A stretch of 64,000 nucleotides of DNA from a virus. Taxonomy: Duplodnaviria; Caudoviricetes. The notes beneath the pieces are model-generated. The model had not been told where the DNA came from and made no database searches. It saw only the letters and a list, made by a program, of their open reading frames with translations. Below are positions 17,228 to 26,956 of the stretch, in pieces (the stretch's first letter is position 1; each line of letters opens with the position of its first letter). The stretch covers positions 19,980-83,979 of IMG/VR virus record IMGVR_UViG_3300012827_000001; one strand, written 5' to 3'. The position numbers and the translations under genes are program-made.

Positions 17228-18894
17228 GTGTGCACAGCATTGACACGGGCTTCGTCGAGGTCGCCGCCGAGAACCTGTCCGGCCTGCCGAACCGCCTGGT
17301 GGCTTCCACCGTGCGCGAGCTCGCAGGCCAGCTCTCTCAGTGGACGCAGGAACAGCGCGCCCAGAAGGGCAAGCCGACACTCTTCAGCCGGACGAAGTAT
17401 GTCTCGTCGGAGAACCCGTACGACATGATGAAGACCGCGAAGCGCGCGGTGGTTGACGATGACGTGGTCTCTGCGACCGCTGACGTCACGGAAGGCCTGA
17501 TCTTCCAGGGGTCCGCGTGGGAGTCCTCGGATGAGATCGCCTCCGCGATCATGAACAAGGTTGCCGAGGACCTGGACCTGGACAACTACTTCCGCATGGC
17601 CCACCGTGAGCTGTTCACGTACAGCCAGGTCGTGACCGCCCTGTGGTGGGGGCGCAAGGAGATCCAGCCCAACGTCCGCCGGCCCTCAGGCAAGAAGAAC
17701 AAGGACGGCTCGCCGCGCACCTACCCGTCGCGGTCGTCGTTCACGCTGAACGTGCCCACGAAGATCGTCCTGCTGGATCCGACGAAGGTCGTGCCGGTCG
17801 GCAACCGGGTGTTTGGCGAGGACCGTCTCGCGTGGCACGCCACGGACGCGACGATCGAGGCGTGGGAGAAGGGCGAGGCGAACCCGTACGCTGCCCGCGA
17901 CGAGACGATTGCCCAGCTCTTCATTGGTCGCTACCAGCCGTCGAAGGACGAAGAGGCCTGGATGGGCAGCCTCGGCATTGATCCTCGCAAGCTCATGGAG
18001 TTCAACCCTCAGGCGGTGTGGCGTCACTCGTTGACTCGCTCCTCTTACGAGGGGTTCCCTGACCTGCGCATGAAGAGTGCCTTCCGTCACCTGGACCTCA
18101 AGGCGCAGCTCATGGACTCCGACCGGGTCATGCTCGTCGGTGCGGCGAACTATCTCCTGCTGGTGAAGAAGGGTTCCGACGACCATCCGGGCCTGCCTGA
18201 GGAGATTGACAACCTTCGGGACAACTTCCAGGTGCTGGCGAAGCTGCCGGTGATCGTCTCCGACCATCGGCTGAGCATTGAGATCGTCGCGCCGAAGCTC
18301 GACACGACGCTGGACCCGAAGAAGTACGACCTGCTGGACAGCCGCATCGCAGCGCGCCTACTGGGGATCCCGCAGGTCGACACCGGCGCCCGGGGTGACC
18401 AGACAGCCGGCACGACATCTCGGATGATCGCGCGCCGCCTGGAGTCCGAGCGTCACATGCTGCGCCGCGCGACCGAGAAGCATCTCGCGAAGGCGATCTG
18501 GGAGCGCAACGAGCAGGCGCTGAGCAAGTACACCAACGTGCCCAGCTTGGCCTTCATGCCGCGCAACGTCCAGCTCGACAGCGACACGGTGATCCTGTCG
18601 GCCATCATCCAGGCGCGGAACTCCCGTGACCTGTCGCGCGAGTCGTACCTGGAGTTCTTCGGGTTCGACCAGGCCGTCGAGGCGCAGCGCATGGAGCGCG
18701 AGGCCGAGATCTACGACGACATCTTCCAGACCGCCGTACCGTTCAGCGCTGCCGGAGGCGATGGCAGTGGGGGAGGGGCTACCCCTCAGGGTGGCCGGCC
18801 GCAGGGGGGCGGGTCACCGAAGCAGTCGGCTCAGGGTGCAGTCAAGCAGCGGACGTCCACGGGGGCGCCGTCCACGGGGGGTGCAGGTAAGTGA
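17224..18894 (+). CDS. Portal protein
   Basis: 556 aa, position after TerL, helical with G/S/Q-rich tail. Confidence 0.7.
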   Translation: MSVHSIDTGFVEVAAENLSGLPNRLVASTVRELAGQLSQWTQEQRAQKGKPTLFSRTKYVSSENPYDMMKTAKRAVVDDDVVSATADVTEGLIFQGSAWESSDEIASAIMNKVAEDLDLDNYFRMAHRELFTYSQVVTALWWGRKEIQPNVRRPSGKKNKDGSPRTYPSRSSFTLNVPTKIVLLDPTKVVPVGNRVFGEDRLAWHATDATIEAWEKGEANPYAARDETIAQLFIGRYQPSKDEEAWMGSLGIDPRKLMEFNPQAVWRHSLTRSSYEGFPDLRMKSAFRHLDLKAQLMDSDRVMLVGAANYLLLVKKGSDDHPGLPEEIDNLRDNFQVLAKLPVIVSDHRLSIEIVAPKLDTTLDPKKYDLLDSRIAARLLGIPQVDTGARGDQTAGTTSRMIARRLESERHMLRRATEKHLAKAIWERNEQALSKYTNVPSLAFMPRNVQLDSDTVILSAIIQARNSRDLSRESYLEFFGFDQAVEAQRMEREAEIYDDIFQTAVPFSAAGGDGSGGGATPQGGRPQGGGSPKQSAQGAVKQRTSTGAPSTGGAGK

Positions 18895-19712
18895 CAAGCT
18901 CGGTGGCGGATCTCCGGAACCAGTTCCGTGCGCAGTACGCCCGGCCGCGTGCAGTGCGTGCTGCCGCGATTCCTGCTGTAGCAGAAACCGCGCCGGAGGA
19001 TCTGGCGTTCGCGCTGGAGGCCGAGGGTCGCGTCATCGTGTCGACGCCGGTCGAGGCTGCCGTGGAGGCCGCGTCGAAGTGGACCCTGGACTTCCGGGGT
19101 CGCCTCGTCGAGGCGGAGTCGGCCAACCTGAACGGCGCGTTCTGGACGCAGAAGGACCTGGAGTTCGGTCTGCCGACCGTTGCGCACGGCCCGTTGAACT
19201 GGGGTCATGACGCGAAGGAGATCGTCGGCGCCCTGGTGGACCCGGTGATGGTGTCTGCCGAGCAGGCGGCGAACCAGAACGCGGGACCTCACATCCAGAC
19301 CGGTGCTCGCTTCTGGTCCTACCTCAACCCTGAGCGCGCGAACATGCTGCGCAAGTACATCGATGAGGGTCGTGCCTGGTTCTCGATGGAGTGCGTCGCG
19401 GAGAAGATCGAGTGCCGCGGGCCCAACGGGTGCGGTCAGGTCATGGAGTACGCGGACGCCGCGAATCGCACCGAGCGGGCCTGTGAGCACGTGCGTGAGC
19501 GTTCGTCGTACCGCCGGTTCGTCAACCCCGTGTTCCAGGGGGCCGCGGTCATCGTCCCCCCGCAGCGACCCGGGTGGTCGAACGCCAACATCACCGGCCT
19601 CGTCCAGAGTGCTGAGCGGCAGCTTGAGGCTGCCGACCTGAACGTGGACGGCCTGTCCGATGGGGACGCCGTCGCAATGGTCGCTGCGATCCTGCAGTGG
19701 GCCAAGCGCTGA
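18891..19712 (+). CDS. Putative capsid maturation protease
   Basis: After portal; NLNGAFW...PLNWGH...IVG, WFSMEC, FQGAAV motifs. Confidence 0.5.
   Translation: MTSSVADLRNQFRAQYARPRAVRAAAIPAVAETAPEDLAFALEAEGRVIVSTPVEAAVEAASKWTLDFRGRLVEAESANLNGAFWTQKDLEFGLPTVAHGPLNWGHDAKEIVGALVDPVMVSAEQAANQNAGPHIQTGARFWSYLNPERANMLRKYIDEGRAWFSMECVAEKIECRGPNGCGQVMEYADAANRTERACEHVRERSSYRRFVNPVFQGAAVIVPPQRPGWSNANITGLVQSAERQLEAADLNVDGLSDGDAVAMVAAILQWAKR
18968..18989. promoter_or_regulatory. 22-bp palindromic site (intragenic)
   Basis: GATTCCTGC TGTA GCAGAAACC. Confidence 0.55.
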
Positions 19713-19728
19713 GTTAGGGAGCAATATC

Positions 19729-19995
19729 GTGGGACTCATCGAAGCCGCAGAGGCGGGCGCCCGAGGGCATTACCAGCGCCGGCCGTGCACCCTTGGTCAG
19801 CTCATCCAGAAGATGCCCGAGCAGGATCAGCGTGATATCCAGGATCTCCTCGGCCGGGATCCCAAGATCTTCACCAACAAGGTCATCTCGCAGGCTCTTG
19901 CCCAGAATGGGTACCTCTCGCCGGGCGGGTCGCCGCTGAACCACCAGATCATCGGGCGGCACCGCCGGGGGGACTGCTGCAGTGGGGATCGCTGA
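19729..19995 (+). CDS. Hypothetical protein
   Basis: GGGAG RBS, GTG start, 88 aa; ends HRRGDCCS. Confidence 0.55.
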   Translation: MGLIEAAEAGARGHYQRRPCTLGQLIQKMPEQDQRDIQDLLGRDPKIFTNKVISQALAQNGYLSPGGSPLNHQIIGRHRRGDCCSGDR

Positions 19996-21229
19996 CGCCG
20001 CAGACGACATGGCGGCCGAGCGGACGGCGGCAGCGGAGCCAAGGCTCGTCGTGGACGCCTCGCCTCACGGTGGTGAGTTCACCGGCCTGGTGACGCAGAA
20101 GCCTGTCCGCCCTGACGAGTATGAGGGTGCGTTCGCGAAGATCTACGAGCTCGCCGGCCTGAACCCCCAGGACTACCGCATCGTCGAGGACACCGTTCGC
20201 TTCTCCGCCTGGCAGCAGTCCAAGCGCCTGGAGAACGGTGACCGGGACACGATCACCCTGTACTCGTACCGGGCCAGGTTCCAGCGGATCAGCGACCTGG
20301 AGGCCCGCACGGAGGAGGTCGTCGCAGCCCTGGCTGAGCAACTTCGCCAGCGCCGGCTCACACCCCGACGAACCCCGGGCACGGGCCTCGGTGAGCCAGC
20401 GACGTACTCGGCCCTCCTCGCCGACTGGCAGCTCGGGAAGGACACAATCCGCCCCTGCGACGCGGAGCACGGCCTGACGGGCGTTGAGCAGACTCAGTGG
20501 CGGGTGGAGCGTGCCGTTGAGCTGTCGCGCGCGCGGATCAAGAACCTGCGTCGGGTCGGTCGGAACATCAACGGTGTCGCCTTGGGCATGATGGGTGACA
20601 TCACGGAGAACATCGCTGACAGCTACGAGAACCAGGCGCACTCCGTGACTCTCAACCTCACGGACCAGATCCTGCGCGGCCTCGACCTGATGGTGTGGGT
20701 CTGCGAGGAACTTCTTCCGCTGGCGTCTGAGGCAGACGTCTTCGCGGTTCTCTGCAACCACGGTCAGCTCGCACGCCGGGGAACGAAGACGAACATCACG
20801 AACGACGCGGACAACGTGCAGAACCTGTTGATTCGCCTCCTGCGTGACAGGATTGTTGGTCCCAAGCTCCCGCACGTCCGCTGGCATGAGCCCGGTGAGA
20901 ACATGATCACGACGCTGGAGCTCTCAGGTGTTCCGACTGCCGCGGCCCACGGGCATAAGATCAAGGGCGGGGAGGACGCCTGGCTTCTGAAGCAGACCGC
21001 CAATCTCGCAGCCACGCGGGGGGTCGCCCCAAGGGTCTGGCTGACAGCGCACCGGCACTCGCAGAACGTGGTCGACCTTGGCGCGATCCACAGGATCCAG
21101 GCAGCCACCGCGGACGGCGGAAGCAAGTTCTTCACCGACCAGTCTGCGATCTACTCCACACCCGGAACAACGACGCTGCTCATTGGCAATCACGACGAAC
21201 GCGGGTTCTCTGACCTCGAACTTCTCTGA
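19982..21229 (+). CDS. Calcineurin-like metallophosphoesterase (Mre11-like)
   Basis: ADWQLG, MGDITEN, CNHG, AHGH, TAHRH metal-binding motifs. Confidence 0.8.
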   Translation: MGIADAADDMAAERTAAAEPRLVVDASPHGGEFTGLVTQKPVRPDEYEGAFAKIYELAGLNPQDYRIVEDTVRFSAWQQSKRLENGDRDTITLYSYRARFQRISDLEARTEEVVAALAEQLRQRRLTPRRTPGTGLGEPATYSALLADWQLGKDTIRPCDAEHGLTGVEQTQWRVERAVELSRARIKNLRRVGRNINGVALGMMGDITENIADSYENQAHSVTLNLTDQILRGLDLMVWVCEELLPLASEADVFAVLCNHGQLARRGTKTNITNDADNVQNLLIRLLRDRIVGPKLPHVRWHEPGENMITTLELSGVPTAAAHGHKIKGGEDAWLLKQTANLAATRGVAPRVWLTAHRHSQNVVDLGAIHRIQAATADGGSKFFTDQSAIYSTPGTTTLLIGNHDERGFSDLELL

Positions 21230-21234
21230 TCCTC

Positions 21235-21266
21235 ACGGGGGCTGTCGGCACAACGGCAGCCCCCGT
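21235..21266 (+). terminator. Hairpin terminator
   Basis: acgggggctgtcg/cggcagcccccgt. Confidence 0.65.
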
Positions 21267-21286
21267 TGTAGTTCTCCAGAACCCCC

Positions 21287-21294
21287 GTCGAGTG
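21287..21294 (+). promoter_or_regulatory. Candidate late promoter element GTCGAGTG
   Basis: Exact octamer after terminator; continues ACTCCTCGTGAAG, nearly identical to 30511 site. Confidence 0.6.
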
Positions 21295-21348
21295 ACTCCT
21301 CGTGAAGGCCCAGGGGCCTGAACTTCACGACACGAGGAGGAATGGCTC

Positions 21349-21912
21349 ATGGCAGTTCGTGAGCAGCTCATCCCGCGAGAGACGGCGGAAGCGGCGCCGG
21401 CGCGGGAGGTGGCCGAGGACCGCACCTTCACCGAGGCGGAGCACCTCGCGATCCTGGCGGACCGCGTGGCGACCGAGACCGCCTCCCGGGACGCGGAGAT
21501 CGCGAGCCTGAAGGCGAAGGTCACGGGCCTGGAGACCGAGAAGGCCGACCTGGAGACGCGACTGGATGTCGAGGTCGCCAAGGCTGAGAAGGCTGAGCAG
21601 GAGTTCGCCGACTACAAGACGGCGGAGACGGCCAAGGCCGAGGTGGCGGAGCGCCTCACGGCGCGTGCGGACAAGGTTCGCGAGGTCGCCACGCATGTCA
21701 AGGACGAGTTCTTCACCGACGAGCGCAAGCAGCGCTGGGCGGAGATGGCTCAGGCCGACTTCGACAACCTGGTCGCCGAGCTCGCGGCGGTCGCTGGCAA
21801 GCCGGCGACGCCCGCGGAGCAGGCGGCCGCGCAGACCTCGATGGACGGCGTCACGCCGCACAAGGTCGAGGGTTCCAAGTTCTTCGAGCTGACCCGTGGG
21901 GGTGCGCAGTGA
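21349..21912 (+). CDS. Capsid scaffolding protein
   Basis: Ala/Glu/Lys coiled coil preceding capsid genes; GAGGAGG RBS. Confidence 0.7.
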   Translation: MAVREQLIPRETAEAAPAREVAEDRTFTEAEHLAILADRVATETASRDAEIASLKAKVTGLETEKADLETRLDVEVAKAEKAEQEFADYKTAETAKAEVAERLTARADKVREVATHVKDEFFTDERKQRWAEMAQADFDNLVAELAAVAGKPATPAEQAAAQTSMDGVTPHKVEGSKFFELTRGGAQ

Positions 21913-22424
21913 GCGACTACGGCCTGAACTTCGGCTTCCGCCGGGACGAGCCGTCCGTCAAGGAGGGGCGCCAGAAGGTGCCCGCGGCAGGCGAGTTCTA
22001 CATCGGCGACCTCGTCACCCACGACACGGCGAACCCGGGCTTCCTGAAGAAGGCACCCGAGAACGCTCGGTTCGAGGGCGGCTACACGGGTCTGCTGATT
22101 CAGGAGGAGGGCTGGACGGAGTCGTACTTCAACGCTCCGATCGTCGACTCCTTCGGTCGCGGCCGGGCCCTCAACGGCAAGCCGACGGCGATCTACACCG
22201 GCCAGGGCCTGAAGGTGTGGCTCAAGAACACCACGGGCGGGACCCGCTCGGATGGCCGCGAGGTCACCGGTCGGACGGTCGTCGACCTCACGAGTGTCGT
22301 CGCTGGCGACCTCCTGAAGTGGACGGGTACCGCATGGACCCGCACCACCACTGACAGCCAGGGTGCCCTCCGCGTCACGATCGTGGACGCGGCCAAGGGG
22401 TACGTCGAGGCAGTCGTTCGCTGA
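21909..22424 (+). CDS. Putative capsid decoration protein
   Basis: 171 aa between scaffold and major capsid. Confidence 0.45.
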   Translation: MSDYGLNFGFRRDEPSVKEGRQKVPAAGEFYIGDLVTHDTANPGFLKKAPENARFEGGYTGLLIQEEGWTESYFNAPIVDSFGRGRALNGKPTAIYTGQGLKVWLKNTTGGTRSDGREVTGRTVVDLTSVVAGDLLKWTGTAWTRTTTDSQGALRVTIVDAAKGYVEAVVR

Positions 22425-22444
22425 TCCCGAGGAGGAGAAGACAG

Positions 22445-23410
22445 ATGAGTGTTCAGATCCTGTCGCGGGTGCTGCGAAACGCCCCCCGACGTGAGTTCGC
22501 CAGCGCTGACAAGGCGCGCGATTACAAGGCTGCGGCTGATGCGCTGAACGCGGAGGCCAAGGAGAACTGGGGCGACCCGAAGTGGCACCGGGAGCAGGCT
22601 GCTCTCATCGCCGAGCGGATCGACTGGGGTTTCAAGAACGAGAACATCGTCTCGTCCTACATGCCCACCCAGAACGTCGCCTCCGACGAGCGCATCGTCC
22701 TGGAGGAGACCCGCGGCATGAAGGTCTTCTGGACCGCCCGCAACGGTCAGATCGACCAGTCGCAGCTCCGGACTGAGCAGTGGGAGCTCCCCCGGGAGAC
22801 CCTCGGCTGGCACGTGTCGGAGTTCGAGGACAACTGGGAGAACGACTACGCGGCCACGGTCGAGAAGCTCGTCGCCTACGCGGGCCAGCGCGAGACGGCA
22901 GAGATCAACCGTCGTGTGTTCTCGGTGCTGCAGGAGGCCATCTCGGTCTCTTCGCCGTACTACGAGGACGCGTCGGCGACGGGCCTCACGCCGCAGGTGC
23001 TGAACCCGCTGCTGTCGGAGGTCGCTGACAACCCGCCGGCCAGCAACGCGGACTTCTCGCTGCCGCTGTCCATCGTGGGTCGCGCTGCGGCCATCGACCA
23101 GATCTCCGATTTCCCTGGGTTCGCACCCGAGGCGCTGGAGGAGATCCGCAAGCGGGGTCGTCTCGGCGTGTACCGCGCCGCGAACATCGTCCGCATCACG
23201 AACTACGTGGACGACGAGGGCCTGCCCTACATCCCCGAGGACGAGGTCTTCGTGCTCGGTGGTGACTTCGGTCGCTTCGTGAGCTACGGCAGCCCGAAGA
23301 TGCGTGCGTGGAGCGAGAACGAGACCGCGCACTTCCACCACCTGCAGCGCAGGGATGTCGGTGTCAGCGTCTACCGGCCTCAGTACGTCCGGCGGATCAA
23401 GGTCGCCTGA
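22445..23410 (+). CDS. Major capsid protein
   Basis: 321 aa, strong RBS, strong codon bias, followed by long terminator. Confidence 0.7.
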   Translation: MSVQILSRVLRNAPRREFASADKARDYKAAADALNAEAKENWGDPKWHREQAALIAERIDWGFKNENIVSSYMPTQNVASDERIVLEETRGMKVFWTARNGQIDQSQLRTEQWELPRETLGWHVSEFEDNWENDYAATVEKLVAYAGQRETAEINRRVFSVLQEAISVSSPYYEDASATGLTPQVLNPLLSEVADNPPASNADFSLPLSIVGRAAAIDQISDFPGFAPEALEEIRKRGRLGVYRAANIVRITNYVDDEGLPYIPEDEVFVLGGDFGRFVSYGSPKMRAWSENETAHFHHLQRRDVGVSVYRPQYVRRIKVA

Positions 23411-23424
23411 GTCGCGTCCTGAGC

Positions 23425-23468
23425 CACAACGGCGGCCCTGCCTCTTCGGAGGCGGGGCCGCCGTTGTG
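23425..23468 (+). terminator. 20-bp hairpin with TTCG loop
   Basis: cacaacggcggccctgcctc-TTCG-gaggcggggccgccgttgtg. Confidence 0.8.
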
Positions 23469-23501
23469 TGTCGATCTCTTTCCTTGACACAAGGAGGAAT
23501 C

Positions 23502-23945
23502 ATGGCGCTTGTCGTGGTTGGCACGGAGCCGGTCCTGCTGGGGCATGGGTCTCTGCTTCTGCAGAACCTGGGCGAGGCGGACATCTACGTCGGTGGCTCT
23601 GATGTCTCGGATGAGAACGGTGTCCTGATCGAGGGCGGCGGCCTGGTGTCGATCGGTCTCGCGTCCGGCCGCATCTACGCGGTGGCGGATGAGGAGACGG
23701 AGCTTCGTGTTCAGCCGGGTGGCAGCATGGCCACGGCTGAGACTGCGTACCGGGCTGAGACGGCGCAGGTGTTGGCGGAGTCGGCGCGTGATGTTGCGCT
23801 TGTTGCCCGGAATGGGGCTGAGGCGGCCCGCGATGAGGCGGTTGTTGCTGCGGATTCGATGGTGACGATCTGGAAGGGCACGCAGGCCGCGTACGACGCG
23901 CTGGGGTCGTATGACGACAACACCTTGTACTTGGTGATCCCGTGA
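23502..23945 (+). CDS. Virion-associated protein
   Basis: AAGGAGG RBS; ends WKGTQAAYDALGSYDDNTLYLV. Confidence 0.65.
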   Translation: MALVVVGTEPVLLGHGSLLLQNLGEADIYVGGSDVSDENGVLIEGGGLVSIGLASGRIYAVADEETELRVQPGGSMATAETAYRAETAQVLAESARDVALVARNGAEAARDEAVVAADSMVTIWKGTQAAYDALGSYDDNTLYLVIP

Positions 23946-24577
23946 CGACGTTGCTTGATGCTGCCCGTGTCTATGTTGATGGGCAGTGGGTGCAGGCGGC
24001 GTATCTCGGCCAGGACCGCCTTGCGCGCGTGCGGACGAATCTTCAGCCCACGCCGCGCCTGCAGGCCGCGTCGGGGTGGTTGTCGATCCTGTCGGCCCCA
24101 GCTTGGGGCACGTGGGAAGGCGGTTTCGGTGCCGTCCTGCGGAGAACGTCGACAGGGTCGGCGCGTTCAGGAATTCAGTCACAGAACGCTCTCGGTTCGG
24201 TGGGAGCATTTCCTACGGGTGTGCCCATGACGATAGGCGTGGATGCCGCTCGTGGCCCGCTCATGCTGGGGGGAGTGACGTTGCGCGTCATGCTTTTCGA
24301 TGGCGGGACTACTCAGCGCGCAGTGGCTTCCACTCCTGCGTTGCTTGCATCGCGTCAGCGGTACACGATCACACTTACGCCGAACGGAGTGTGGAATCGT
24401 CTCTACCTCGATTTCATGGATGCCGCCGGCAACGCCGATGACATCGCCGGATATCTCGACCGCCTCACCATCGAAGTCGGATCAAGTGGCGGTTCATATT
24501 TCGATGGCGACACTGACCGTGCTGAGTGGACGGGCACGCCGAGCGCCAGCCCGAGCACTCTCTGGTCGGCCGGCTGA
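23942..24577 (+). CDS. Virion protein with carbohydrate-binding-like beta sandwich
   Basis: RTNLQPTP...; YFDGDT...EWTGTP motif typical of actinophage minor virion proteins. Confidence 0.55.
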   Translation: MTTLLDAARVYVDGQWVQAAYLGQDRLARVRTNLQPTPRLQAASGWLSILSAPAWGTWEGGFGAVLRRTSTGSARSGIQSQNALGSVGAFPTGVPMTIGVDAARGPLMLGGVTLRVMLFDGGTTQRAVASTPALLASRQRYTITLTPNGVWNRLYLDFMDAAGNADDIAGYLDRLTIEVGSSGGSYFDGDTDRAEWTGTPSASPSTLWSAG

Positions 24578-24648
24578 TCCGGAGTCGATGTCTGTTCGTG
24601 TAGCACCGAGTGCGGTGCTGGGAACAGAGATCCACCCTGGAGGAGCAG

Positions 24649-25131
24649 ATGAGCGAGACCCTTTCCCCGGAGACCTGGGAGAAGACGATCCCGGGCGGCG
24701 TGTGGGTGCTGACCGTGGACCACGTCGGCAACGAGAAGCCGAAGCGACTCAAAGGCCCGTCGGGCTTCCGGTTCCGTGTCCACCCGCGTGAGCGCGAGGC
24801 GGTGAGCGCCAAGTACGCGTTCCCGGAGCAGGACCCGTTCCGCAATGGCATCCTCAAGCCGGTGAGCCTGACCCCGGATGAGGTCGACGAGCGCGTTCCG
24901 GATCATGACTCCGAGCAGGCTCTGAACAACGAGGACCTGGTCGCGCTGTTCGCGAAGAGCGGTATGGCGTTCCACTCCGCAGTGAAGAAGCTCAACGAGG
25001 TGAACGCCCGCCGGCTGCTGGATCTGGCCGGCGAGAACGCTGAGGCGGTGACGACCGCTCAGAAGGAGTTTCTGGAGAAGCACGTCGCGGAGAACTTCCT
25101 CAAGCAGACCACGGGCCACGGCGTCGACTGA
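24649..25131 (+). CDS. Hypothetical protein
   Basis: GGAGGAG RBS, 160 aa. Confidence 0.7.
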   Translation: MSETLSPETWEKTIPGGVWVLTVDHVGNEKPKRLKGPSGFRFRVHPREREAVSAKYAFPEQDPFRNGILKPVSLTPDEVDERVPDHDSEQALNNEDLVALFAKSGMAFHSAVKKLNEVNARRLLDLAGENAEAVTTAQKEFLEKHVAENFLKQTTGHGVD

Positions 25132-25137
25132 GGGGCT

Positions 25138-25182
25138 GAGGGCCCACCGGTCGTGCTGGGGGAATCCGGCCGGTGGGCCCTC
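25138..25182 (+). terminator. Hairpin terminator
   Basis: gagggcccaccggtcg/cggccggtgggccctc. Confidence 0.65.
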
Positions 25183-25189
25183 GCCGTAG

Positions 25190-25197
25190 GTCGAGTG
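25190..25197 (+). promoter_or_regulatory. Candidate late promoter element GTCGAGTG, leaderless
   Basis: Exact octamer 7 nt after hairpin and exactly 8 nt before ATG 25206. Confidence 0.6.
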
Positions 25198-25205
25198 GAG
25201 GGGAC

Positions 25206-25703
25206 ATGACAGACGTCAGCGACCTGGTGGGCGCCTACAAGCGCGAGGTGTCTGCCCTTGGTGATTTCGACGCGGCGTTCCCGAATGCCACCGATGCGGC
25301 GATCACCGGGCTCCTGATGGACGCGTTCGGTGAGGCTCAGCTCGACGGGTTCTTCCAGACGATGACGCTGGACGTGGACCTGGAAGCCGTCACTCCGGAT
25401 CTGTCGGCGGCGGGTGCGGCCCTTGTGGTTCTGTACGCCGGCATCAAGACCCTCCGCAACCAGATCCTCACCGCGGGCGCAGAGTCGCGCTACAAGGCTG
25501 GCCCGGTGGAGTACCTGACGAAGCAGAACTCGTACGCGCAGACCGAGCTGTTGAAGCAGCTTGAGCGTCGCCGTGACGGGCTCATCGAGCAGGCGCGGTA
25601 CGGCCGGGGGACCCCGGTGTACCAGATGGATGCGTACTCTGCGCGGGGCCTGGCCGCTATCGGCGGCTTCGCGTCCTATGAGACGGCCCTCGGGGGCTGG
25701 TGA
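25206..25703 (+). CDS. Putative head-tail adaptor
   Basis: Position; SRYKAGPVEY motif. Confidence 0.5.
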   Translation: MTDVSDLVGAYKREVSALGDFDAAFPNATDAAITGLLMDAFGEAQLDGFFQTMTLDVDLEAVTPDLSAAGAALVVLYAGIKTLRNQILTAGAESRYKAGPVEYLTKQNSYAQTELLKQLERRRDGLIEQARYGRGTPVYQMDAYSARGLAAIGGFASYETALGGW

Positions 25704-26161
25704 TGGCCACGGCGATTTCCGGCTTCGACGCCGCCGCCGTCCGCGAGGGGTTCCGCCTGCCGATGCGGATGGCGCTCCCGAATGACCCTGAGCGCCGCCC
25801 TGAGTTCGTGCGCGAGGAGATTCCTGCGGGCGCAGGAATCGACGACGACGGCATCCCGCTGGATCCTACCCAGGAGGTGGACCCGGTCGAGCCGATCCGG
25901 AGCCGGGTCCTGTGCGCCATCGAGTGGCTGCGCCCCGGCCAGGAGGAGCAGAACTTCACGACGACGAGCCCGGCCGCTCTGCGCATCACGCTTCTCGATG
26001 AGGAGTACGAGCAGGTCGAGGGTTTCGACTACGTGAACATCTGGGCCAGCGCCACGGATGACAAGCCGGTGCGGTTCTACTTCCGCAGGATCTTCCAGCA
26101 GGTCAACCTCGACACGGTCGGGGTTTGGACCATTGAGGTGTCTACGGAGGATGCACAGTGA
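25703..26161 (+). CDS. Putative head-tail connector/stopper
   Basis: Position, coupling. Confidence 0.45.
   Translation: MATAISGFDAAAVREGFRLPMRMALPNDPERRPEFVREEIPAGAGIDDDGIPLDPTQEVDPVEPIRSRVLCAIEWLRPGQEEQNFTTTSPAALRITLLDEEYEQVEGFDYVNIWASATDDKPVRFYFRRIFQQVNLDTVGVWTIEVSTEDAQ
25819..25840. promoter_or_regulatory. 22-bp palindromic site (intragenic, perfect arms)
   Basis: GATTCCTGC GGGC GCAGGAATC. Confidence 0.7.
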
Positions 26162-26304
26162 TGCTTCGTTGCTGCCCCGGCCCGCGCATGTTCGCGTGCT
26201 GGGTGGATGAGATCCTTCACGCGCTCGGCATTCATTGGTCCCTCGTGTGCGATTGGCATGACCGCATGATCTGGGGCGACTACTGGGATGAGGTCGACCA
26301 GTGA
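26161..26304 (+). CDS. Small Cys/Trp-rich hypothetical (47 aa)
   Basis: TGATG and GTGA coupling on both sides; absent from track. Confidence 0.5.
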   Translation: MLRCCPGPRMFACWVDEILHALGIHWSLVCDWHDRMIWGDYWDEVDQ

Positions 26305-26798
26305 TTCGTTTCGCACGTCGCTACATCCAGCAGTCGTTCCGTGATGAGTTGCGTACGTTCCTCGGCGAGTACGGCTGGCTGGATGGTTCGGCTGTTCCTG
26401 CGGCTGGTGCCTTCGAGATGAAGGAGCGTGCCCCGAAGCCGTCGGACATGGAGACGACTGGCGAGAACACGATCTACGTGTCGTTCGGCGACGAGCCGGA
26501 TGTTCGCCCTCTTCAGCTTGGCGGCGGGTTGCTGCGCACGGAGCGTGTGTTCTTCGTGGATGTCGTGGCCGAGCGTGAGTCTGTGGGCGACATGCTGGCG
26601 GGCGAGGTCAAGGATCGTCTGACGGGTCTGTTCGGCGGGACTCGTTATCTGCGCCCGGTGGATCCTCAGGGCGCAGCACTGCCGGGTTACCTGGTCGAGT
26701 TCACGGATGTCGCGATGCGTCAGGCCGAGGGTGAGCGGCGTACGTGGTTCGTGGTCGACGGGACGCTGCAGATCGACTTTCCAGGGAGCGACGACTGA
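26301..26798 (+). CDS. Putative tail terminator/neck protein
   Basis: 165 aa, position, FFVDVVAE segment. Confidence 0.45.
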   Translation: MIRFARRYIQQSFRDELRTFLGEYGWLDGSAVPAAGAFEMKERAPKPSDMETTGENTIYVSFGDEPDVRPLQLGGGLLRTERVFFVDVVAERESVGDMLAGEVKDRLTGLFGGTRYLRPVDPQGAALPGYLVEFTDVAMRQAEGERRTWFVVDGTLQIDFPGSDD

Positions 26799-26956
26799 TG
26801 GCTTCTGTGTTGGAGGAGATCGTCCGCCCGCTGGTAATTCTGCGCGCTCGGTGCTGTCGGGACTGGCCGACCCTGGCGATGACGCGCATGGGTCGCTGTG
26901 GTTACTGCGGCGAGCGGCCGGCCGTGGTGGGCATGTGGGATGAGGAGGCGTCGTGA
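26798..26956 (+). CDS. Small Cys-rich hypothetical (52 aa)
   Basis: TGATG coupling; RCCRD...CGYCG. Confidence 0.5.
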   Translation: MASVLEEIVRPLVILRARCCRDWPTLAMTRMGRCGYCGERPAVVGMWDEEAS

